Shown here piece by piece: positions 55,080 through 64,000 of a stretch of DNA of 64,000 nucleotides. A program made the position numbers and the translations under genes. Below the pieces are notes generated by a model. It was not told the origin of the DNA, made no database searches, and was given only the letters and a program-made list of their open reading frames with translations. Numbering within the stretch: position 1 is the stretch's first letter; the number at the start of each line of letters is the position of its first letter. The DNA is from Candidatus Parcubacteria bacterium (GTDB lineage: Bacteria; Patescibacteriota; Patescibacteriia; UBA1558; GWA2-36-10), in NCBI GenBank assembly GCA_018669975.1, contig JABHSK010000001.1:88394-152393 (forward strand), written 5' to 3'.

Positions 55080-57737
55080 TTAATATTTGATATTAAAAAA
55101 CTTTTTTACATTCACTGGAAGCTGACACTCACCATATTCTTTATCAATCTTAATATTTGTATCGATTATTTTTTCTGCATTTATTTTTTCTTCTTCGAGT
55201 CGATCCACTGACTGCTCGCTTATTATTAAATCCAATATACTTCCACCGCTATTATCTTCAATTTTATTATCAAATAACTCCTGATTTAATTTTGCGCTTG
55301 CCTCCTCTATCTTGAGCAGTTCGTTCTTCATTTTTAATTGAATACTTCTCTTGTGTTTTAAGGCCATAAAATGCAACGACTCTCTTAACTTCTCTTTACT
55401 GACTGGCTCTTGTAATAATTCTTCCCAGGACAAATCAGGAAGTTTAAAATCATTGTTAATGAAAAACAATTGGTCATATATTTTTTTTATTATTTCCGTA
55501 CTAATTACATTTACTAATAATTTTTCTGGAACTTTTTTGATAAAATCTTTTATACCATAAAATATATCAGCCAGCTCTTTATACTTTTCTTCAATGATCT
55601 CAAAGCTATCATCATCATTCTCTATTATGTGTAGAGAATATAACACAAAGCAAAGCGGTAAAGCAATTATGTTTACTAGCGAAATTAACTTATATTCATC
55701 CTCCTTAAGTTCATTAAACAAAAAATCACCTTCTTTAATGTCAGACCACATCCTATATAGCAAGTTAATAGAGCTGTCAATATAATCCTTTTTTGACATT
55801 AATACATTAGTTTGCTCATCCCCAAACTCTATCTTAATACCATTCTGAAACCAAGTTAAAGATGCAATCAACTGATTTATTGCCATTGCAGCGGATAAAT
55901 CTAACTTAAAATCTTTTTTATTTATTTGAGTTACAGTGCGATCTACAGTTCTATTCACCAAAGAATTTAATTTTTGTTTCACGTCTTCTATTCCTGGTGA
56001 TTCATCTTTGTCTTTTTTATTTTCTTCTTTGTCCAAGCTAACGTCCTCTTTAACAACATATTTCTTGTAGTGGTCTTGCACCTGTCTAGCTACACCACCA
56101 AACAACTGTCCAAAAATATCATATTTATCATTAGCAACTGCTCTTGTTAATATAGTAGATGCATCTTGATATTCTGATTTTTCTTCCACAAAATATCTTT
56201 GCTCCGGCAATTCTACTTGTTCCTCTAGTTCCTCTTGCTCACCTAGTTTACTGCCTTTGAATATGTTATTTTCATACCCCTGCTTAACCTCAAAGGGAGT
56301 AGTAAGTTCTATTATAGACTTTGCTATTTCAATATTATCAATATAACTACCAATAGAATTAAGATGTCCTGTAATTTTATTTTCTGCACCTGGTTTATAA
56401 ATAGTATAATTATGTAACCAAACCTTGTTACTTGTATCACCTCTCATTTTTAAACAAATAATATTTGTGTTTTTGCTGAGATGTTCTTTTATAGTTAAAT
56501 CTAATAAACATTCAATTCTACCTTCTCCACTGTTAATATTTTCTTTTATAACTTCAACATCATTTATAATTACACCAACCTTACCCTTAGCTTCTGAATA
56601 GTAGTCGATATAAAGAATAGACTCCTTAATAAAGGCTCCCTTAACTTGTATTTTGTTTTTAGATATTGATGGTATATAATCTTTCGATATATCCGAAACT
56701 CTAATGTCAGTTATTTTCTCAATCTTCTCTTTAGTTATATGATTATTCCAAATATTGGAGATACCTGAGCCTATAGTTTTCTCTGCGTTTATAAACATAC
56801 CGCATTCAACATTCCCGTTATTAGCATATTTAATTAATGCGGGTGATGAAATATTAGCGCTTCCGGAAAATAAATATTCATGAGAAGCATTACAAAAATA
56901 AAGCATTTTAGCATGCAATCTTCGTGAAGTATCGTCAGCTTTAAATTTGTGAAGTGAAACAAAAGGTAAGCTAGTTTTATTCTCTATAAAATATTTAATA
57001 GGAAAATTAGTAGTGTGGTCTTGAATAATTATTTTTATCTTAGTATTGCTATATATTTTTTTTAGTTTATCAATAACCGCTAGCTTACTATCAAAGTATG
57101 GTGCCATTAATACGATCTCATCAATGTCTTGGGGTAGTTGTTTTGTAATTTGATCGAGCAACGGTGTATCTAGATTATGTAAAAATAAATTATTACTTGA
57201 CTCAGCATCTTTTGGTATCCAACCAGTATCATTTAAAATATTATTAATCCTTTTCTCTGTTGCGGGGTTCAGATAATTACGCTTTGTTAAGTCTATAATA
57301 AAGTCTTTTACATTTTTAAATACGGGTAAATGTTCTTTATTATCTTCGGAATATTCATACTTATTAAACATTTCAAAACTACTACCATACCCCGGAACAG
57401 TTAAATTGCCACTACCAATTAATACTTTACCTTTTGTTTTACTTGTTAACAAAATTATCTTTGGATGAAATACTCCTTTAACTCTAATTGGATCAAGCGA
57501 ATAGTACTTACTACCACAAAACTGAATATCTCCTACCTCTTCATTTATAACGTCTTCGTACTGAGAACCATCCATTATAATCGCATTACAATAACAACCA
57601 GAGTTCACTAAATTTTTTAAAATAATTTTTTCGTAAAACGCAAGGCTACTATTGTAAGTTAAAATTAAGCAGTGTTCGTAATCATTACTGCTAATAATTT
57701 CATCTATAATGCTAATTGTTTTATTTTGTATGCTCAT
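55080..57737 (-). CDS. Phospholipase D-fold (two HxK motifs) putative nuclease with a long helical C-terminus
   Basis: LTYN, FHPKIILL..GSGNLT, APYFD, LHAKMLYF..GSANIS..A...NVE. Confidence 0.8.
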   Translation of the reverse strand: MSIQNKTISIIDEIISSNDYEHCLILTYNSSLAFYEKIILKNLVNSGCYCNAIIMDGSQYEDVINEEVGDIQFCGSKYYSLDPIRVKGVFHPKIILLTSKTKGKVLIGSGNLTVPGYGSSFEMFNKYEYSEDNKEHLPVFKNVKDFIIDLTKRNYLNPATEKRINNILNDTGWIPKDAESSNNLFLHNLDTPLLDQITKQLPQDIDEIVLMAPYFDSKLAVIDKLKKIYSNTKIKIIIQDHTTNFPIKYFIENKTSLPFVSLHKFKADDTSRRLHAKMLYFCNASHEYLFSGSANISSPALIKYANNGNVECGMFINAEKTIGSGISNIWNNHITKEKIEKITDIRVSDISKDYIPSISKNKIQVKGAFIKESILYIDYYSEAKGKVGVIINDVEVIKENINSGEGRIECLLDLTIKEHLSKNTNIICLKMRGDTSNKVWLHNYTIYKPGAENKITGHLNSIGSYIDNIEIAKSIIELTTPFEVKQGYENNIFKGSKLGEQEELEEQVELPEQRYFVEEKSEYQDASTILTRAVANDKYDIFGQLFGGVARQVQDHYKKYVVKEDVSLDKEENKKDKDESPGIEDVKQKLNSLVNRTVDRTVTQINKKDFKLDLSAAMAINQLIASLTWFQNGIKIEFGDEQTNVLMSKKDYIDSSINLLYRMWSDIKEGDFLFNELKEDEYKLISLVNIIALPLCFVLYSLHIIENDDDSFEIIEEKYKELADIFYGIKDFIKKVPEKLLVNVISTEIIKKIYDQLFFINNDFKLPDLSWEELLQEPVSKEKLRESLHFMALKHKRSIQLKMKNELLKIEEASAKLNQELFDNKIEDNSGGSILDLIISEQSVDRLEEEKINAEKIIDTNIKIDKEYGECQLPVNVKKFFNIKY

Positions 57738-59385
57738 TTAATATTTTCTTACCTTTGATGGTTATAGACACCTTCTTCTCGTTTCTTCTTTCGACAAGGT
57801 TTAAATCTTCTAAAAAATTAATAACATTTTCAAATTTTGGTGCATTTATGTTCGGTCTTGCTTCCTTAATTCCCTTTATTCTACCGGCGCTATATTCAAA
57901 ATGAAAAGTATTGTTCTTGTACCAAGATAGCTTGGCTAGAGCTACTCGACAGTGTTGTTTGATTACAAGTTCCTTCGCTATCCATTCAACCATATCTTTA
58001 ATTTTTAAATCCTTATCAGTTAATTTTTCAAAACCTAAAAAGAAATCATCAATTGACAAGCTGACTGTCTCTCCGATACGCCCAAAATCCCAATATGGCG
58101 AATTGTTAACTCTGTAATAATTAAATCTTAAATATAAAACTGACAACAAATATACTAAATGTGCTAAACAGTCTTTATTATTATTACTTTTTATATTCTT
58201 TTGAACATTTTTATAAACATCCCACTCATTAATCTTTGATTCCAGGTTACAACTTTTATCAAAGTCGCTTCCAGTTTTTCCTGCAGATATAATTTTCACT
58301 AAATCTTTTAGCTTAGTATCTATACTTAATTCTTGCTCGTAGTTATCATTTACCGACTGAAAGCCATCTTCAGTTAAATTATTTAATTCTCTAATGAACG
58401 CCGACAAATCAATATTTCGATTATAAACTACCTCTGTCATAACTGAAAAATAACTTTCTATTGCGTATATCAGCAATTGTCTAGCTTGGAATATTCTCCA
58501 GTACTCTAAACAATTAACTAATTTCTTGTTAGATTTATATCCTAAATTTTGAACATTTGAATAAAGCACAATCTTTTGAAAATCTTCATAGTCAAAGCTT
58601 TGGTCCCCTTTCTGTTCTACCATATCCAACATCAACAATAATGACTCTCTTCTTGCCCTAGCCCCATTAGGAGGGTTATCCGAATAATAAACACTAAAAT
58701 CATTAAGCTCTTTGCTAATTTTCTCAGGTCTAAAAATTATATCCTGTAATAATTGCTGTTCTTTAATAGAAATATGTAAGTTAGTCACACTACATTTCTC
58801 CGCATACTCTTTTAATACATCTGCTGGGATATTATTATCTTTTTTATCGCAATATTTTTTGAAATATTTTGTGTCTTTGATGTTGTCTTCATAGGCCTCA
58901 GCTAAGCTCTTGCCATAAGTTTTTGTTAATCCAATAAAATCAGCCCCCTCAATATCAGCAGTAATGCCAACCTGTTTCATTTTTTGCGAATATATCCAGT
59001 AGTTATCTTTATACTTACTTACAAATGCGTCATCCCATTCGTATGTTTCTTTCTCTCCGTTGTTTTTAATGTCTGTTCGGAATATTTCAATACCATTTAA
59101 ACCAACCTTCGATGAATCCTGATGTAAAAAACCATTAGCATACAAAAAAGCTAATGATTTTATTTTTAAATACTTTTTATAATTTTTATTATTTTTAGGA
59201 TGGTCAGACTTAATAAACCTATATAAGACCCAGGAGAAAAAAGAATAATATCTTAACCTGTCAGTGATATTTGATATCCCAGGCAACAATCTTTCTAGCA
59301 TAATAACACCAACATTCATGTAACCTAAAAAATCTCTACCACCCTGAGCTGTGTTATATTTTTCTGTCCACTGAGGTAATATCAT
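57721..59385 (-). CDS. Uncharacterised partner of the PLD protein
   Basis: GRDFLG...LLPGISNITDRLRYYSFFSW N-terminus; overlaps the PLD gene start; wHTH-like end LEDLNLV..ITIKG. Confidence 0.75.
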   Translation of the reverse strand: MILPQWTEKYNTAQGGRDFLGYMNVGVIMLERLLPGISNITDRLRYYSFFSWVLYRFIKSDHPKNNKNYKKYLKIKSLAFLYANGFLHQDSSKVGLNGIEIFRTDIKNNGEKETYEWDDAFVSKYKDNYWIYSQKMKQVGITADIEGADFIGLTKTYGKSLAEAYEDNIKDTKYFKKYCDKKDNNIPADVLKEYAEKCSVTNLHISIKEQQLLQDIIFRPEKISKELNDFSVYYSDNPPNGARARRESLLLMLDMVEQKGDQSFDYEDFQKIVLYSNVQNLGYKSNKKLVNCLEYWRIFQARQLLIYAIESYFSVMTEVVYNRNIDLSAFIRELNNLTEDGFQSVNDNYEQELSIDTKLKDLVKIISAGKTGSDFDKSCNLESKINEWDVYKNVQKNIKSNNNKDCLAHLVYLLSVLYLRFNYYRVNNSPYWDFGRIGETVSLSIDDFFLGFEKLTDKDLKIKDMVEWIAKELVIKQHCRVALAKLSWYKNNTFHFEYSAGRIKGIKEARPNINAPKFENVINFLEDLNLVERRNEKKVSITIKGKKILNEHTK

Positions 59386-59398
59386 TTAATTTTTTACA

Positions 59399-60895
59399 CT
59401 ATTTAACTTTATTTAATACCTTATATATCTCCACCATTGCTAAAGTATCCAACTTACAATATTTTAACAAATCAGATAAAATTTTATCCTTGTCCTCTTG
59501 ATTTTTACCACCTATAATTGTTTCCATCCAAATACGTTGAGCAGCGGCTCCCCCGCCAATATCTAATTCTTTATAGCTAAGACTTGGAATAAGCACTGGC
59601 AATACTTTTTTTATAGAGGCACTACCAAAAAAATCTTTATCCGCATACCAGCCCTCTGCAAAAGGTATCATTAAATCTACAATTCTATCATTTACATCAA
59701 GTAAAAAATCACTATGCTCTGGTAAAATATCTGCCATTGTAATATTACACCTTTTTTCAAAGCCCTCGCACCAGACAATAACTGATCCTTTCTCTCCAAT
59801 ATCTTTTTTTAATTGCTTCAAAAGACCCTCTACTGGTAGAGTATTATCTACGTGTAAATACTCCTTATGTTTCAGCTCACCATCAGGAGATTCTAATACA
59901 TGTAGAGAATATTGAAATGGTATCTGTTGATATGGCTTTATACCGTTATAAGCTGGTATAACACCAGATAAAGTCTCATAATCTAAAAAATAAAGTGGGT
60001 ATTGAAAAGTCTTTAAAAAATCTTTAATTTCTTCTTTACTAATTATCCTTTCTCCGCTCTTAGTTGCCTGAACTTGATAATGTTGTTTTACGGTGAGATT
60101 AGTATCATCGGGAACATCATGTATAGATATAACTCCATCGTCTTCAAAATTACCTATCTTTCTAACTCCAGGGCTACATAAATTATATATACTATATTTA
60201 TCTAAGTCTGGATTAAGAATTTTATAAATATCCAACCAATTACTAAACGCTCCCGACTTAGCGTGCCGAGGTGATGGGTCTGGCATCTCTGTTGCTACTA
60301 ATACTGCCTTGGCCTTATCTATATTAACAAGTGTTTCATCTATCATACTTCTGACTGCTGTTGTAACTTCTGTAGTAGTGGTAATTTCATTATAATCAAT
60401 ATCTCCATCTCTAACATATTCATTGTTTACATGAATAACAAAAACATCTTTAATGTTTAAGCCAGATTTTTCTAAAACAATAGTTTGAAATGCTAAATCA
60501 TACTCGTGTTCTTTTTTAGCTTTGGTGCTTGATTTAATTTCATAGAGATTATATGTACCATCTTCATTCCGTTCCAAAGCATCAAATATACACGTTATAC
60601 CATCAACTTCTAAACGCCCTTGGAATAATATCTTTGTATTATCTACAAGAGCTTTCTTGGTAACAGCTGGTAAAGCCATATATTTTTTAAAATCAAATTC
60701 TCCTTTAGTTTTATATCCTAGAGTTATTCCATCTGGAAAAAGTTTTTCTGCGTATGATTCAAATAAATTACCAGCATCAAAAACTGCTTGAGTATCAGCA
60801 TCAACCTCTGGTAATATTTTTTTATTATGTTTTTCTAGCCATAGCCAAACAGGATGCCTGAGGTATAACATGTAATTTGATTTTGACAGGATCAT
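59399..60895 (-). CDS. DUF2779-like protein (PD-(D/E)xK nuclease plus RNase H-like domain)
   Basis: LSKSNY, D.L...YEIKSST, YPLYFLDYET, YQQIPFQYSLH, SIKKVLP, YCKLDTLAM. Confidence 0.82.
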   Translation of the reverse strand: MILSKSNYMLYLRHPVWLWLEKHNKKILPEVDADTQAVFDAGNLFESYAEKLFPDGITLGYKTKGEFDFKKYMALPAVTKKALVDNTKILFQGRLEVDGITCIFDALERNEDGTYNLYEIKSSTKAKKEHEYDLAFQTIVLEKSGLNIKDVFVIHVNNEYVRDGDIDYNEITTTTEVTTAVRSMIDETLVNIDKAKAVLVATEMPDPSPRHAKSGAFSNWLDIYKILNPDLDKYSIYNLCSPGVRKIGNFEDDGVISIHDVPDDTNLTVKQHYQVQATKSGERIISKEEIKDFLKTFQYPLYFLDYETLSGVIPAYNGIKPYQQIPFQYSLHVLESPDGELKHKEYLHVDNTLPVEGLLKQLKKDIGEKGSVIVWCEGFEKRCNITMADILPEHSDFLLDVNDRIVDLMIPFAEGWYADKDFFGSASIKKVLPVLIPSLSYKELDIGGGAAAQRIWMETIIGGKNQEDKDKILSDLLKYCKLDTLAMVEIYKVLNKVK

Positions 60896-61090
60896 ATTTT
60901 TTCTATTATACCAGTTTTTGTCTTGGTATTTTGTAATATTCGGACATAAAATTATTCACGTTAGAGCTTTAAGTATAAATGTTAAATACTTTTAATAAAA
61001 TTTCATTTAACATATTATAATTTAATAATAAATACTCTAAAAAATTAAAAAACAAAAAAATTACCTAACTACATTAATAAACCTACTTAA

Positions 61091-61621
61091 TTATTTTTTT
61101 CTTTTTTTATATACCATATCATTTTCAATGTCTTTATTCATTATATCCCTCAACCAATCTGCTATGCTCATATCTGACTTTTTAGCTTTCCACTGCAGAT
61201 AATCTTTTAACTTTTGTGACACACGAAAGGTATATTTTATAGATTTTTTATTTTTTTTCAATATTTCTATAAATTCAAATAACTTCAAAGATAAATTGCT
61301 TACATTATAAAATCTTGTAAACAAAAATTTATGATGCTTGCTATCTTTTTGCAAGTCATTTAAATATTTATTGTTATCTTCATTTTCTGGAAGTAAAAGT
61401 AAGACCTTTTTTCTTTGAGACAAAGCTTTGTTCAAAAAATATATACTTTTAACATTTAATGAATTTAAACAGATAATATAAGCATCTACTTCTTTAAATA
61501 TTTCATTTTTTAAAAATTCCTGATTAGCATCCTTATAGAAACTAATATTATTACTCTCTAGTAAATTCTCTACATGATTTGCTTTTTTAAAGTCCTGACT
61601 TAAATATAGATAAGATATCAT
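61091..61621 (-). CDS. Hypothetical protein with C-terminal ribbon-helix-helix DNA-binding motif
   Basis: YTFRVSQKLKDYLQWKAKKSDMSIADWLRDIM. Confidence 0.6.
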   Translation of the reverse strand: MISYLYLSQDFKKANHVENLLESNNISFYKDANQEFLKNEIFKEVDAYIICLNSLNVKSIYFLNKALSQRKKVLLLLPENEDNNKYLNDLQKDSKHHKFLFTRFYNVSNLSLKLFEFIEILKKNKKSIKYTFRVSQKLKDYLQWKAKKSDMSIADWLRDIMNKDIENDMVYKKRKK

Positions 61622-61635
61622 ATTATTTCTATTAC

Positions 61636-62697
61636 TTAATTATTTATGGAAGCAATAACTCCTCTGCCGAAAATATATTCCTTATGATAGTTAATCGAAA
61701 CTAATGAGGGGTAAAATTCCGTATCTTTAGGTAAAAAATTTATTTTTTGAATTTTCGGCAAATAATCATGTTCTTTAACTCTTGGATCAATTAAAATATT
61801 GTAATTTTCATCAAAAGTAATTGCTCCAGAATCTAATGCTTTATGCAAATCTGAAGTAATTAAAATACCATTATTTACATCGTATGAACCGCCATGAGAA
61901 ACAGGAATAATATGGGCAGCTTCTAATAGATTACTCTCTTTAAATACAAAATACTTGCCCGTTATTGCACAGATTCCTTCATAAACATCCAATAATTCAT
62001 TTCTAAAATTAACCTGATCTAAACCCCTTCCTATTATCCTATATTTATTACGTTCTGTATCTTTTTTGTGTCTAGGTATATTTTCAATTTCTGCAAAAAA
62101 TATTTCTAAAAAATCTTTAACATTGCTATTCAATTTTTCTCCATTTTCATCTTGAATAGCTAACCCAGCATTTTTTAAATAATTAAGCCAATAAGAATAG
62201 GGGCGCATAGCTTCTTCCATATTACTCTTTACTAGGCTATTGAAGTCTGGCTCCCTTTCATTATTTGTATAATAAATAATCTCATTTATGGGTAACGAAA
62301 GAAAATTTTTAATTTCATCCCTATCCCAATATTTGTCTACCCCATATTTTAAAAACAAAAATTTACATAAAACAGCATATGGCCTAAATCCATTAAAACT
62401 ATATGTCCCTAATATACTAGCTATCATTTTTTGATATTGATCTTTGTTTTTGCTTCCATAAATATTTAATAGTTCATTACCAATATCTGTGATTTCCCAC
62501 TTACTTGTTTTTTTAAGAATGTTTAATTTTTTTAAATCTGGGTACTTAGATTTTAAAATAACTGGTTTAGATTTCGCATAAAACTCAAGATTATTTTGAT
62601 TTTCGTATAATTCTTTAATAAGGGTATCAATATTATTTTTGATATCACTTAAAATCTGATAAAAATATTTTATTTCATTCTTCCTTTTTCTATTCAT
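61636..62697 (-). CDS. HNH endonuclease, putative restriction enzyme
   Basis: QVNFR..LL..Y...CAITG..LEAAHIIP..NGIL...LHKALD. Confidence 0.85.
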   Translation of the reverse strand: MNRKRKNEIKYFYQILSDIKNNIDTLIKELYENQNNLEFYAKSKPVILKSKYPDLKKLNILKKTSKWEITDIGNELLNIYGSKNKDQYQKMIASILGTYSFNGFRPYAVLCKFLFLKYGVDKYWDRDEIKNFLSLPINEIIYYTNNEREPDFNSLVKSNMEEAMRPYSYWLNYLKNAGLAIQDENGEKLNSNVKDFLEIFFAEIENIPRHKKDTERNKYRIIGRGLDQVNFRNELLDVYEGICAITGKYFVFKESNLLEAAHIIPVSHGGSYDVNNGILITSDLHKALDSGAITFDENYNILIDPRVKEHDYLPKIQKINFLPKDTEFYPSLVSINYHKEYIFGRGVIASINN

Positions 62698-63382
62698 ATA
62701 ATCTTTTACGTGCTAAATTACAATATTTCTTATTATTTTCAAAGCCAATAAACTTTTTTTTCATTCTTTTAGCCACTAACATAGTCGTGCCACTTCCAAC
62801 GAATGGATCTAAAACAATTTTAGATTTAGGAAAACAGCTCAATATATCTTCAACCATTTTTTCTGGAAATGCGCGAGTATGGCTGCCTTTAATACCAACT
62901 GGCCTCCACTCTTTCCAATCAAAAACATCATGATGATTTATATTATTTTCAAGTACTGTCTTTCTGTCCTTAACTAACCAATATATTCTTTCTGTCCAGG
63001 GATAAAATCTGATTTTGTGAAAATTTTGACTTCTGTTTATCCACACAAGCTCCTGCTTTATAAGAAAATTAGTTTTAAATAACCACTCATATGGAGAAAT
63101 CTGCGAACCATTCTTTATTCTGTTTTTATGATTATAAAAAATTGAACCATTATTTTTTAAAACACGGAAACACTCATTTAATACTTGTAACTGAAAATCT
63201 TGATAGTCAGATTCTTTCATATTATCCTCATAAGGTTTATGCTTTTTGAAACCTGTATGATGATCATTGCCTAAATTATATGGGGGCGAAGTAATTATTA
63301 AATCAATAGAATTGCTATCTATCTTACCTAGACCTTTTAAACAATCAATGCATTTTATTTTATTTAAAAAAATTTTATTCAT
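62690..63382 (-). CDS. DNA methyltransferase (amino-MTase, beta class)
   Basis: ITSPPY before H...FP and VLDPFVGSGTT. Confidence 0.92.
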   Translation of the reverse strand: MNKIFLNKIKCIDCLKGLGKIDSNSIDLIITSPPYNLGNDHHTGFKKHKPYEDNMKESDYQDFQLQVLNECFRVLKNNGSIFYNHKNRIKNGSQISPYEWLFKTNFLIKQELVWINRSQNFHKIRFYPWTERIYWLVKDRKTVLENNINHHDVFDWKEWRPVGIKGSHTRAFPEKMVEDILSCFPKSKIVLDPFVGSGTTMLVAKRMKKKFIGFENNKKYCNLARKRLYE

Positions 63383-63384
63383 AT

Positions 63385-64000
63385 TTATTTTGTCATTATT
63401 ATAACACTCTCCCTTAATGCTTCCCCATTTTTAAATAATTTTGCCTGCTGAGAGCTAGCGCGTAATTTTCTTGCTATATTAATTTCCACTTTACTAAAAC
63501 CTAAGCGTAATCCAATTTTAGACAAAATCACATCAGTTTTTATTATATGACCTCCATATGCTGAGTTACCAACTATAATAACACAATGCCCGCCCTTCTT
63601 TAGTATATTAAATGCATTTTTCAATACCTCCTCCATATCAAAGAAATAACCGTTTAACATACTTGGAATTTTTTTACTCCACAATTTTTTTTGCTTCAAC
63701 TTTTCTATATCATTAATTAAGAGATCATAATCATTATAATCTTTTAAGTGCTTGTTAAGATGTGACGATAACGATTGTTTTCTGACCACAGACAAATCTT
63801 TATACTCTTTTATATAGTCACTCAACCATAATTCTAATTTATATACTTCTGAATAATCAAAACAATTAGCATATGGAGGAGAAAAAATTATTAAAGATGT
63901 TTCGTTTTTAATTTCATTAATATATCTCTTTGGTATATTTCTACTATCAGCTAATATAACCCTTGATTTTTTTATATTTTTTTTATTATTTTTAATTATG
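63385..64000 (-). CDS. Second DNA methyltransferase (SPPY type), C-terminal part; start lies beyond the window
   Basis: Frame is open past the called start: IIFSPPYANCFDYSEVYKLELW...LKKGGHCVIIVGNS...LRESVI. Confidence 0.85.
   Translation of the reverse strand, partial: IIKNNKKNIKKSRVILADSRNIPKRYINEIKNETSLIIFSPPYANCFDYSEVYKLELWLSDYIKEYKDLSVVRKQSLSSHLNKHLKDYNDYDLLINDIEKLKQKKLWSKKIPSMLNGYFFDMEEVLKNAFNILKKGGHCVIIVGNSAYGGHIIKTDVILSKIGLRLGFSKVEINIARKLRASSQQAKLFKNGEALRESVIIMTK

Larger units (their letters stand above)
37385..64000 (-). mobile_element. tRNA-Thr-integrated genomic island; right boundary lies beyond the window
   Basis: att-like tRNA fragment, tyrosine integrase, phage-like replication gene, then more than 30 co-oriented accessory and defence genes with no core housekeeping genes. 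Confidence 0.75.

Noticed and set aside
1-64000. Alternative genetic code (TGA as Gly, as in Gracilibacteria/Absconditabacteria)
   Set aside because: Conserved genes translate full-length with the standard code and show no in-frame TGA interruptions.

Overview
The window looks like part of a low-GC Patescibacteria/CPR (Parcubacteria-like) chromosome. This assignment is inferred from DUF5663-, DUF5659-, PEGA- and CAP-type proteins and from core genes lacking Shine-Dalgarno (SD) sites. The left ~37 kb is AT-rich housekeeping backbone (S41 protease, murA, lexA, rpmA, ftsEX, corA, dus, mutM, rlmN). It is interleaved with a second, visibly GC-richer gene class that has strong SD sites, sigma70-type promoters, bounding hairpins and a shared boxA-like leader motif GNNC(A/C/T)TT(A/G/T)A. 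That class includes hpt, a DsrD-like protein, pyrE, and a five-gene operon: metallophosphoesterase, Ser/Thr kinase, vWA protein, pyruvate-kinase-like barrel, and an RlmN-like radical SAM enzyme missing both catalytic cysteines. From 37385 to the window end lies an element integrated at a tRNA-Thr(GGT) 3'-half. It carries a tyrosine integrase, a phage-like replication module, a long co-oriented cargo array (a structured ncRNA candidate, a small protein ending in an FtsZ-tail-like peptide) and a defence cluster (GIY-YIG, PLD two-gene module, DUF2779-like nuclease, HNH plus two methyltransferases). All family assignments come from motif recognition by eye; no searches or computations were run.
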